From: Clostridia bacterium
Lineage (GTDB): Bacteria; Bacillota; Clostridia; Oscillospirales; CAG-272
NCBI GenBank assembly: GCA_017445085.1
Contig: JAFSUT010000032.1
Span: 1 to 43,135, forward strand
Direction: 5' to 3'
DNA: 43,135 nt
The stretch's first letter is position 1. Every line of letters begins with the position of its first letter. Under the pieces are notes generated by a model. That model searched no databases, was not told the origin of the DNA, and was given only the letters and a program-made list of their open reading frames with translations. Positions 10,078 through 17,483 of this stretch are shown piece by piece. The translations under genes and the position numbers were made by a program.

Positions 10078-11292
10078 ATGAAACCGACAAAACATTTTTG
10101 GCTTTCCGTATCTCTCGTTTCGCTCTGCGCGGTGCTGACGCTTTGCGCCGCCGCCCTGCGCATCGGCGATACCGTCGGCTACGTGCTGTCCAGCGATATC
10201 ACCGCGTACATCAACGGCGTGCAGATCCCCGCCTACAACATTGACGGGCATCTCGGCGTCGTCGCCGAGGATCTTAACGCCTACGGTTTTGCCGTGACGT
10301 ATGATGACGCCACGCGCACGCTTGCCATCACCTATCGGCACGGCGCCGTCACCGGCGTCGAGATCCCGAAAACGTCGTCGCTGCCGGTCGGCAGCCGCGT
10401 TTGCCCCGTCCTCCACACCGATATCAAGACCTATCTCGACGGGCGCCTTTCGGAAAGTTACAACATCGACGGGCGCACCATCATCCCGTTTGCACAGCTC
10501 GACGTCTACGGCAGTCGGCTCTACGACGACGGCGCCCGCCTTTCCATGCTGCTGACAAGCGACACGGGGCGCACCCTCTCCGAGCAGGCGCGCACCCTCA
10601 CGAGTCTGCCGAAAAAGATCATCCACGCGGGCGGCTCGATCGGCGGCTACGCCGGATCCAACGCAAAAGAGGCGATGGACGCCTCCTATGCGGCAGGCTG
10701 CCGCGTCCTTGAAATTGATTTTCTGTTTTCTGCGGACGGCGTCCCCGTCTGCCTGCACGACTGGTCGCGGTTTTATTCCAATACGCTCTCGGAGGAGCCG
10801 TGTACCGCCGCCGCGTTTGAAGACGTAAAGATCTTCAACTTATATACCTCCATGACCCTCCCCCGCCTGGCTGCGTGGCTGGACGCGCATCCCGACGTGC
10901 ACATCGTCACAGACGTCAAGGACGACAACGTCGAAATGCTCGCCTATATCGCCGCGCAGTATCCGACCCTCATCGGGCGATTTATCCCGCAGATCTACAG
11001 CCGCGAGGAATTTGCGCCCGTGCGCGCCCTCGGCTACACCGATATCATCTTTACCCTGTATAAGATGACCGACTACACCGAAAAGACCGACGCCGCCTCG
11101 ATCGCCGCGTTTGCAAGCCGCGTGGGACTTTTGGCGGTCACCGCCGACGTCGTCCTTGCGGACGCGCCGTTTATCGACGCCTTTACCGCCGCCGGCGTGC
11201 CGCTGTACGTCCACACCGTCAACGGGTCCGCGGCACAGGAAAACTGCTACGCGCTGGGCATCACCGGCGTTTACACCGATTATACCGAATGA
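10078..11292 (+). CDS. Secreted glycerophosphodiester phosphodiesterase-family protein with N-terminal copper-amine-oxidase-like (stalk) repeats
   Basis: Signal peptide MKPTKHFWLSVSLVSLCAVLTLCAAA; two xYNIDG repeats; GDPD motifs IIHAGG, SNAKEA, LEIDF, CLHDW, VTDVKD, YVHTVN, GVYTD. ATG at 10078 lies just after the upstream stop. Confidence 0.8.
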   Translation: MKPTKHFWLSVSLVSLCAVLTLCAAALRIGDTVGYVLSSDITAYINGVQIPAYNIDGHLGVVAEDLNAYGFAVTYDDATRTLAITYRHGAVTGVEIPKTSSLPVGSRVCPVLHTDIKTYLDGRLSESYNIDGRTIIPFAQLDVYGSRLYDDGARLSMLLTSDTGRTLSEQARTLTSLPKKIIHAGGSIGGYAGSNAKEAMDASYAAGCRVLEIDFLFSADGVPVCLHDWSRFYSNTLSEEPCTAAAFEDVKIFNLYTSMTLPRLAAWLDAHPDVHIVTDVKDDNVEMLAYIAAQYPTLIGRFIPQIYSREEFAPVRALGYTDIIFTLYKMTDYTEKTDAASIAAFASRVGLLAVTADVVLADAPFIDAFTAAGVPLYVHTVNGSAAQENCYALGITGVYTDYTE

Positions 11293-11307
11293 GGAAACCG
11301 ATCACCT

Positions 11308-12288
11308 ATGTCCTATATTGTCTTTGATATGGAATGGAATCAGCCGATGTGCGCCGCACAACCGCAAAAAGGCGCCAACGGTGTGAAACTTGCCGGCGAG
11401 ATCATGCAGATCGGCGCGGTCAAACTCGGAGAGGACGGCGCCCTCGGCGACCGTTTTTCCATGTGCGTGCGCCCGCGCTTTTATCCGCGCCTCAACCGGC
11501 GCGTGCGCGAGCTCACGGGCATCACGAAAGAAGAACTGCGCGCGGCGCCCGAATTTCCCGCCGTGGCAAAGGCGTTTTTCGACTTTTGCGGCGAAAATCC
11601 CGTATTTCTCTCGTGGGGATACGACGACATTCCGATTTTGCGGCAAAATCTGACCGCGTGGGGGATGGACACCGCCGTTTGCGAAGTTGCCTACAATCTG
11701 CAAACCATTTTCAACGCGCAGACCGACGGCGGCAAAGGACAGCGCTCGCTCGCCTTTGCAATGGAAACCTTTGGCATACCGCAAACGCTGGAGGCGCACG
11801 ACGCCCTCGGCGACGCCTATCACACCGCGCTGGTCGCGGCAAAACTGGATATCGCCGCCGGCATCGCCGCCTACGGCGAGGACGTCGGCACGCTGTGGCA
11901 ACATCCGAGAGAGGCAAAGACTTTTGCCCCGTACAAGGATAAACACGAAGCGCTCGCCGACAAAGATCTGGCGGCGCTCACCTGTCCCGTCTGCGGCGCC
12001 GTTCTCCCCACAAAAAAATGGGTGACCAAGGGCAACGGCTATTACATCGCCACGGCGCACTGTGAAAAAGACGGCGACTTTATCGGGCGCATCCGCTTTT
12101 CACACCTCGGCAAAGGCGCCTGCCAGGCGGTGCGTTCGATTTTCGCGGCAAACGAGACCGCGCTCTCCCACTACGCCGCAGTCGCCGAAAAAAGCGCGGC
12201 GCGCGCCGCGGTATTCAAGGCGCGGATGCGTGCGCGGCGGCGGGAGAAACGCCGACAAAATGAAGAAAGCAAAAACAAGGAAACGTAA
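11308..12288 (+). CDS. DEDDh 3'-5' exonuclease (ERI-1/KapD-like) with C-terminal Cys-containing ribbon
   Basis: IVFDMEW, EIMQIGAV, LTGIT, HDALGDAYHTA motifs; CPVCG...HCEKD. Confidence 0.85.
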   Translation: MSYIVFDMEWNQPMCAAQPQKGANGVKLAGEIMQIGAVKLGEDGALGDRFSMCVRPRFYPRLNRRVRELTGITKEELRAAPEFPAVAKAFFDFCGENPVFLSWGYDDIPILRQNLTAWGMDTAVCEVAYNLQTIFNAQTDGGKGQRSLAFAMETFGIPQTLEAHDALGDAYHTALVAAKLDIAAGIAAYGEDVGTLWQHPREAKTFAPYKDKHEALADKDLAALTCPVCGAVLPTKKWVTKGNGYYIATAHCEKDGDFIGRIRFSHLGKGACQAVRSIFAANETALSHYAAVAEKSAARAAVFKARMRARRREKRRQNEESKNKET

Positions 12289-12322
12289 AAAAACCGTTGC
12301 AAACGCAACGGTTTTTTTACGT
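12283..12322. terminator. Bidirectional intrinsic terminator
   Basis: Perfect 18-bp inverted repeat ACGTAAAAAAACCGTTGC / GCAACGGTTTTTTTACGT between convergent genes. Confidence 0.9.
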
Positions 12323-12333
12323 CATTCTTATTT

Positions 12334-13155
12334 TTATTGATCCTTCCCCACGAGATGGACGTCGAGTTGACTGTACGGAATGGAAATTCCGACGCTGTCA
12401 AACGCCTTTTTCATATTCTCCATCAAATTAAAGTAGACCGACCAGTAGTCCCCGGTCGCGCACCAGGCGCGGACGACGAACACGAGGGCGCTTGCATCCT
12501 GCCGCAAAAGCGCGGTGAACGGTGCGGGATCGTCCAGCACCTTGTCGTTTGCCGAAACCACCGTCAGGATCACCTTTTTGACCTTGTCGATGTCACTGCC
12601 GTACGCCACCGAAAACTCAAGATCCACGCGGCGGCGGTCGGCGGTGGAATAGTCGGTGACCGTGGCGTTGGAGACCGCGCCGTTGGGGATGGTGATGCAC
12701 TTGTTGTCGATCGTCATCAGTTTAGTGTAGAAAATGCCGATCTCGGTGACCGTGCCCGACTCCCCCGCGGCTGTGACGAAATCCCCCACCTTGAACGGGC
12801 GGAAGAAAAGGATCATCAGTCCGCCGGCAAAATTGGCAAGACTGCCCTGCATGGCAAGACCGACGGCAAGACCTGCGCTGCCGAGAACGGCGGAAAGGAC
12901 GGTGCCGTTGATGCCGATGATCGTTGCCGCCACGACCACGACCAGCACTTTCAGCGCGACGCCGATAAAGGACAGGATAAAGGTGCGCACGCTTTCGTCC
13001 AGGTGCGAAAGTCCCCTGCCGTGCGAGATCAGCTTGACGATCCAGCCGGACAGCTTAAAGCCGACGATGACGAACACGATGGCGCAAATGGCGGAAAACA
13101 GCAGATGGATGCCCCCCTGCGCCACATAATCACGGATCGAGATCAAAAAGTCCAT
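12334..13155 (-). CDS. mscS: Small-conductance mechanosensitive channel MscS
   Basis: GLAVGLAMQGSLANFAGG, RPFKVGD, IPNG, RRVDLEFSVAY, ISIPY motifs. Confidence 0.93.
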   Translation of the reverse strand: MDFLISIRDYVAQGGIHLLFSAICAIVFVIVGFKLSGWIVKLISHGRGLSHLDESVRTFILSFIGVALKVLVVVVAATIIGINGTVLSAVLGSAGLAVGLAMQGSLANFAGGLMILFFRPFKVGDFVTAAGESGTVTEIGIFYTKLMTIDNKCITIPNGAVSNATVTDYSTADRRRVDLEFSVAYGSDIDKVKKVILTVVSANDKVLDDPAPFTALLRQDASALVFVVRAWCATGDYWSVYFNLMENMKKAFDSVGISIPYSQLDVHLVGKDQ

Positions 13156-13193
13156 AAGATACTCCTTTGTCTGATAATGATATTCTGTATACG

Positions 13194-13222
13194 ATTATAT
13201 CCGCAAAAAGCGAAAAAGTCAA
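13194..13222 (-). promoter_or_regulatory. sigma-A promoter for mscS
   Basis: Minus strand TTGACT-N17-TATAAT. Confidence 0.7.
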
Positions 13223-13242
13223 TCCCGCAATCCCGCAAAACG

Positions 13243-13995
13243 TCATTGCGCGATACCGACAAATTTCAAAAACCGTTTTTCGTTCATCTGCTCGTTGGTG
13301 ACGTATGCGCCGTCGCGGAACACCGCGTAGGTGGTGATGGGCGTCGGCGCCGCCTGCGCCTCCGCCCTCGTGCGCAGATGCACGGTGGAAAGGCGGATGC
13401 CGTGCGCTTTTGCCGTCGCCTCAAGGATCGGCACGTACTTTGCGTTAAACGGGCATTGGTCGGTATAGTAGATCACGATGCCGTCCCGATCGACGTGCGG
13501 CGCTTTTGCACATTCGGCAAAGCGCGGCAGCGGCGCGCCGCCGTCAAAGGGGAGCGCCCAAAGTTCAATGCCGTTTTCCGCGCGGTCGCATACCGAAAAT
13601 CCTTTGTGCAAAAGGTATTTCGGGTCGGAGAGAAACGGCAGTTTCCGCGCGGCGGACTGGATGCAAAGTCCGTGCTTGCCCTTTTGTTTACTATCGGCAA
13701 TGCAGGCGTCCAAAAGGTCGCTCGAATACCCGTGCCCCGAAAGCGACCCCGACACCCAAAGGCAGTCGATGTACATATAACCGTCCGCGACGATGGGGTT
13801 CCACGCATACTCCGCCGGCAGATATTCGATAAAGCACTTGCCCCGCGCCGCGCTTTTGAGAAACACCAGCCCCTCGTCAAGCCGCGCGGCGAGCCACGCT
13901 TTTTTTGACGCCACCTGCACGTCTTTGTCGTTTGAAATGGCACAGCAAATATGCTCGCCGGCAAGGTTTTCTTTCGTCAGTCGAATATACTCCAT
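13243..13995 (-). CDS. GNAT-family N-acetyltransferase with C-terminal YoaP domain
   Basis: EHICCAIS, FIEYLPAEYAW, IDCLWVSG, YTDQCPF, AQAAPTPITTY motifs of the YoaP family. Confidence 0.88.
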   Translation of the reverse strand: MEYIRLTKENLAGEHICCAISNDKDVQVASKKAWLAARLDEGLVFLKSAARGKCFIEYLPAEYAWNPIVADGYMYIDCLWVSGSLSGHGYSSDLLDACIADSKQKGKHGLCIQSAARKLPFLSDPKYLLHKGFSVCDRAENGIELWALPFDGGAPLPRFAECAKAPHVDRDGIVIYYTDQCPFNAKYVPILEATAKAHGIRLSTVHLRTRAEAQAAPTPITTYAVFRDGAYVTNEQMNEKRFLKFVGIAQ

Positions 13996-14025
13996 CGAAA
14001 AATTCCTCCGAATTTATTTTGCAGG

Positions 14026-14065
14026 AAAAATGAGGCTGTAAAGGAACAGAGGCCCTTTACAGCCT
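14026..14065 (-). terminator. Terminator-like hairpin just upstream of the YoaP/GNAT RBS
   Basis: Perfect 12-bp stem AGGCTGTAAAGG/CCTTTACAGCCT (14033-14044 / 14054-14065), followed on the minus strand by CATTTTT. Confidence 0.65.
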
Positions 14066-14140
14066 AGGAAGATGAGATACGAACACGCACGGTTTTAACG
14101 GGCGTCTTTCCGCCCATTCGTCAGCAAAGCGCTTGTTCAT
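14057..14140 (-). CDS. Candidate 27-aa leader peptide (MNKRFADEWAERRPLKPCVFVSHLPRL)
   Basis: Starts 7 nt after the radC stop and ends inside the first arm of the terminator hairpin; no good SD sequence. Confidence 0.3.
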   Translation of the reverse strand: MNKRFADEWAERRPLKPCVFVSHLPRL

Positions 14141-14147
14141 ATCCTAG

Positions 14148-14837
14148 TCACGGAGACATAAATACCCCGGGCATTTTTGAGGACAGTACGTTTCCGCCGT
14201 CCTCTCCGATGATCACGTGATCCACAAAGCGAATACCAAACAGGTGAAACGCATCGGAAATGATATGCGTGGTTTCGATATCGTCCTCCGACGGCACCGC
14301 GGGTCCGTGCGGATGGTTATGTACCAAAATGACCGAGGCGGCGTTGGCGCGCAGTACCCGTTCCACGAGGTCACGGGTGTTCATCGCGATACTGTTGACT
14401 GAGCCCACGCCCACTTTTTCGATCCCGATGATCCGCTTGTTGTTGTCGATCAGGATCATATACACCACTTCCGCCGATACGCCGATATAATACCGCTCCA
14501 TCATCTCGATCACTTTTTTTACGCTGTCAAACTTGCGGAGGGTAACTTCCTCGCAGAGCGCCGTGCGGTAAATATCGGGGATCAATTTCAAAAACGCCGC
14601 CGTATTGCGGCTGACGCCCTCCACAAGGCAAAGTTCGTCCGCCGTGGCGTCAAACACGCCGCGCAGATTGTGAAACCGCAAAAGCAGTCGATGCGCGATC
14701 TCGTTGGTATCCCTGCGCGGGATCGCGTAAAAAAGCAAAAGTTCCAGCGCGGTATGGCTGTCGAGATTGTCAATGCCGTCACGTATATACCGCTCACGCA
14801 GGCGCTCACGGTGCCCCGCGTGGAGTGACTCGCTCAT
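14148..14837 (-). CDS. radC: RadC-family (UPF0758, JAB/MPN domain) protein
   Basis: HAGHRERLRERY, LELLLFYAIPRRDTNEIAH, ILVHNHPHG..PSEDDI.T, DHVIIG. Confidence 0.92.
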   Translation of the reverse strand: MSESLHAGHRERLRERYIRDGIDNLDSHTALELLLFYAIPRRDTNEIAHRLLLRFHNLRGVFDATADELCLVEGVSRNTAAFLKLIPDIYRTALCEEVTLRKFDSVKKVIEMMERYYIGVSAEVVYMILIDNNKRIIGIEKVGVGSVNSIAMNTRDLVERVLRANAASVILVHNHPHGPAVPSEDDIETTHIISDAFHLFGIRFVDHVIIGEDGGNVLSSKMPGVFMSP

Positions 14838-15259
14838 TGTTCCAGGCGGCGCACAAATGCCGCCGCGGTATAAAACGTACAGCCAAAGACCTTGGCACCG
14901 TCTGTCACGGTCGTCACAGAATTTTTGCCGATCTCATAGGCGAGGACGTCACGGTCGCAAAGCAAAACCACCACCGTCTTTTTCACGGCGTGCGGCGCGG
15001 CGGCGGGCATCTTCCAGAGATAGTCGTTGCTGCCAAAAGCGCCTTTTTCGGTCAGGTACATCCCGTTTTTCATAAAATACAGGCGCTCTGCCGCGCGGTC
15101 AAGCGAAAGCACCTTGATTTGATACAAAGTATCGTCGGTTTCCACCGTGCAGTCGATCTTGCCGCTGTCGTTTTTGCTGACGCCGAAGAGCCCGAAACTC
15201 TTAAAAGCGTAGCCTTTCGCTTTGCAGACGTTTTTGACGTCACCGAGTCCCTGTGCCAT
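14834..15259 (-). CDS. Hypothetical protein (141 aa)
   Basis: G-rich RBS before the ATG at 15259; 4-nt ATGA overlap with the radC start suggests coupling. Confidence 0.6.
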   Translation of the reverse strand: MAQGLGDVKNVCKAKGYAFKSFGLFGVSKNDSGKIDCTVETDDTLYQIKVLSLDRAAERLYFMKNGMYLTEKGAFGSNDYLWKMPAAAPHAVKKTVVVLLCDRDVLAYEIGKNSVTTVTDGAKVFGCTFYTAAAFVRRLEQ

Positions 15260-15332
15260 ACGTTCTCCCCCCTGTGCTTGCAAATTTGATGCGGCCGCTA
15301 TTGCATTCCGCACCGAATTCTGCTAAAATAAA

Positions 15333-15362
15333 AATGAAAAAGCCCCGCGGTGGCGGGGCTTT
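15333..15362 (-). terminator. Intrinsic terminator after tRNA-Thr
   Basis: Stem AAAGCCCCGC/GCGGGGCTTT followed by a T-rich tract on the minus strand. Confidence 0.75.
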
Positions 15363-15364
15363 CA

Positions 15365-15440
15365 TGGAGCTGGTAGCCGGACTCGAACCGGCGACCTGTT
15401 GATTACGAATCAACTGCTCTACCAACTGAGCCATACCAGC
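15365..15440 (-). tRNA. tRNA-Thr(CGT)
   Basis: 76 nt GCTGGTATGGCTCAGTTGGTAGAGCAGTTGATTCGTAATCAACAGGTCGCCGGTTCGAGTCCGGCTACCAGCTCCA; anticodon loop TTCGTAA, T-loop GTTCGA, encoded CCA. Confidence 0.97.
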
Positions 15441-15449
15441 ACGACAAGT

Positions 15450-15479
15450 ATTATACAACACAAAGTTTGACTTTGTCAA
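15450..15479 (-). promoter_or_regulatory. Consensus sigma-A promoter of tRNA-Thr
   Basis: Minus strand TTGACA-N18-TATAAT, ending 9 nt before the tRNA. Confidence 0.8.
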
Positions 15480-15489
15480 GAGGTATTTT

Positions 15490-16350
15490 ATGAATTTATG
15501 CGATATTCGTACCGTGCGCGATATTCTTGCGGCGTTCGGCACGCAAACAAAGAAAAACTTCGGGCAAAATTTTCTCATCCGCCGCGAAATCCCCGAGCGG
15601 ATCGCCGAGGAATGCTGCGACGCGCGCGACAGCGTCATCGTCGAGATCGGACCCGGCATCGGTTGCCTGACCGCCGAACTTGCGCGGCGCTATCGCCGCG
15701 TCATCGCGTTTGAGATTGACAAAACGCTGATCCCCGTCTTGAAATTCACGCTGGGCGAGTTCCGCAACGTCGAGGTCATCGAGGGCGACATCATGGAGGT
15801 CGATCTGCAAAAGGTCCTCGCCGAGAGAGCCGCGGGAGAGCGCATTTCGGTCTGCGCCAACCTCCCCTACTATATCACCACGCCGATTTTGATGCGCCTG
15901 ATCGAGAGCGGCGTGCCGTTTGACAGCATCACCGTTATGGTCCAGGCGGAGGTCGCCGACCGCCTCACCGCAACGCCCGTGCGCGGCGACTACGGCGCGA
16001 TCACGGTCGCCGTCCGCTACTACGGACAGCCGCGCCTGCTTTTTCCCGTGGGGCGCGACAATTTCCTGCCCGCGCCGAAGGTGGATTCCGCCGTCGTGCG
16101 CATCGACCTGTACGCGGACAAGCCGGTAAAGCCGCAGAGCGAAAAAGATTTTTTCAAAACGGTCAAAGCGACGTTCGGTCAGCGGCGAAAGACCCTGGCA
16201 AACGCCCTTTCCGCAGGTCTTTCCGACCTTGGCAAAGACGAGATCAACCGTGCCATTACCGATTGCGGATTTGACCCGCAGATCCGCGGTGAAAAACTCT
16301 CGGTTGCGGATTTTGCCGCCCTCTCCGACCGCTTGTTTCGGGGAAAATGA
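15490..16350 (+). CDS. rsmA: 16S rRNA (adenine1518/1519-N6)-dimethyltransferase RsmA/KsgA
   Basis: KKNFGQNFL, EIGPGIGCLT, ANLPYYITTPI, PAPKVDSAV, FGQRRKTL. Confidence 0.96.
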   Translation: MNLCDIRTVRDILAAFGTQTKKNFGQNFLIRREIPERIAEECCDARDSVIVEIGPGIGCLTAELARRYRRVIAFEIDKTLIPVLKFTLGEFRNVEVIEGDIMEVDLQKVLAERAAGERISVCANLPYYITTPILMRLIESGVPFDSITVMVQAEVADRLTATPVRGDYGAITVAVRYYGQPRLLFPVGRDNFLPAPKVDSAVVRIDLYADKPVKPQSEKDFFKTVKATFGQRRKTLANALSAGLSDLGKDEINRAITDCGFDPQIRGEKLSVADFAALSDRLFRGK

Positions 16351-16372
16351 CCGAAAATCCACCGAAAATTAC

Positions 16373-16415
16373 AAAAAACGGACCGTAAAAACAGAGGTTT
16401 TACAGTCCGTTTTTT
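16373..16415. terminator. Bidirectional terminator between rsmA and the SDR gene
   Basis: AAAAAACGGACCGTAAAA ... TTTTACAGTCCGTTTTTT near-perfect inverted repeat. Confidence 0.8.
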
Positions 16416-16444
16416 CTATAGGCAAAATTTTCGGAACACGCAAG

Positions 16445-17218
16445 TTACATTGCGGTATAGCCGCCGTCCACCGCAAGGTTGACGCCGGTCACGTATGCGG
16501 ATGCGGGCGACGCCAAAAAGATCGTGGCGGTATCCAGCTCGCCCTCCTCGCCGTAGCGCTCCTCGGGGATCATGGTCTTGGCGTTTTGCTGGAAGAAATC
16601 GCTGTTTAGCGTATCTCTCGTCAGATCGGTATAGAAGTAGCCCGGGCAGATGGCGTTGACGGTGATATTGTATTTGCCCCATTCCGCCGCAAGCGCACGG
16701 GTCATATTGACCTCGCCGCCCTTTGCCGCGTGGTAGGGTGCGGAGCCGGCGATCTTATTGCCGACCAGACCGTACATCGAGGCAATGTTGATGATGCGGC
16801 CGTACTTTGCGCCGATCATTGCCTTTTTTGCCACGGCACGCGCCACGCGGAAGGAACCGAACAGGTCGATGTTCATCTCGTTTTCAAACTGCTCGTCGGT
16901 GATGTCCTCCGCCGGGGCGACCGCGCCGGTGCCTGCGTTGTTGATGAGGATATCCACTCTGCCGAATTTGGCGATCACCGCGTCCACCATGGCGTCTACC
17001 GCGGCGGTATCGGTGATGTCGCAGCGGACGGCAAGCGTTTGTACGCCGTATTCCTTTGCGATGTCGGCGGCAACTTCGTCGATCAGATTTTGGCGGCGGG
17101 CGACCGCAACGATGTTTGCCCCCTGGTTTGCAAGTGCTTTTGCCATCTGAACGCCGAGCCCCGTCGAGCATCCCGTAACAATGGCGACTTGTCCTTTAAG
17201 ATCAAAATAGTTTTTCAT
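16445..17218 (-). CDS. Short-chain dehydrogenase/reductase (gluconate 5-dehydrogenase-like)
   Basis: TGCSTGLG, NNAG, YHAAKGG, VNAICPGYF, VDGG. Confidence 0.9.
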   Translation of the reverse strand: MKNYFDLKGQVAIVTGCSTGLGVQMAKALANQGANIVAVARRQNLIDEVAADIAKEYGVQTLAVRCDITDTAAVDAMVDAVIAKFGRVDILINNAGTGAVAPAEDITDEQFENEMNIDLFGSFRVARAVAKKAMIGAKYGRIINIASMYGLVGNKIAGSAPYHAAKGGEVNMTRALAAEWGKYNITVNAICPGYFYTDLTRDTLNSDFFQQNAKTMIPEERYGEEGELDTATIFLASPASAYVTGVNLAVDGGYTAM

Positions 17219-17269
17219 AATATATCTCTTCTTTCATTTTAAGATTTCGTTTTATTTTTGCCGCTGTTT

Positions 17270-17389
17270 ATTGTAAAGCGCGGGCGCGCGCCCGTCAATG
17301 CAAAGATTTTTCACTTTTCAAAATTTTCTTGCGGCGCGGACAGGCGCCTGTTTTGTATTATTATACCACGCCGCCCCGCCGCTTTTCAA
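17270..17389 (-). promoter_or_regulatory. Two tandem sigma-A-like promoters for the SDR gene
   Basis: TTGACG-N17-TACAAT (17270-17298) and TTGAAA-N18-TATAAT (17360-17389) on the minus strand. Confidence 0.55.
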
Positions 17390-17441
17390 TGCTTTCGGCT
17401 GCCGAAGTTTATTTTTCGACCCTCGGGCGCACGGCGCGGTG

Positions 17442-17479
17442 CGTGTAAAAAAGGCGCCGTCGCGGCGCCTTTTTTACGC
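17442..17479 (-). terminator. Intrinsic terminator after the uvrA-like gene
   Basis: GTAAAAAAGGCGCCG / CGGCGCCTTTTTTAC inverted repeat. Confidence 0.85.
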
Positions 17480-17483
17480 GGGA

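Noticed and set aside
14086-14126. Hammerhead-like CUGACGA followed by a stem on the minus strand
   Set aside because: The required GAAA after stem II is missing (it reads UAAAAC), and stems I and III with a cleavage triplet could not be built.
15365-15440. tRNA-Thr as an integration site for an island containing radC
   Set aside because: No duplicated tRNA 3' end, no integrase and no composition shift; the radC is the full-length chromosomal type.
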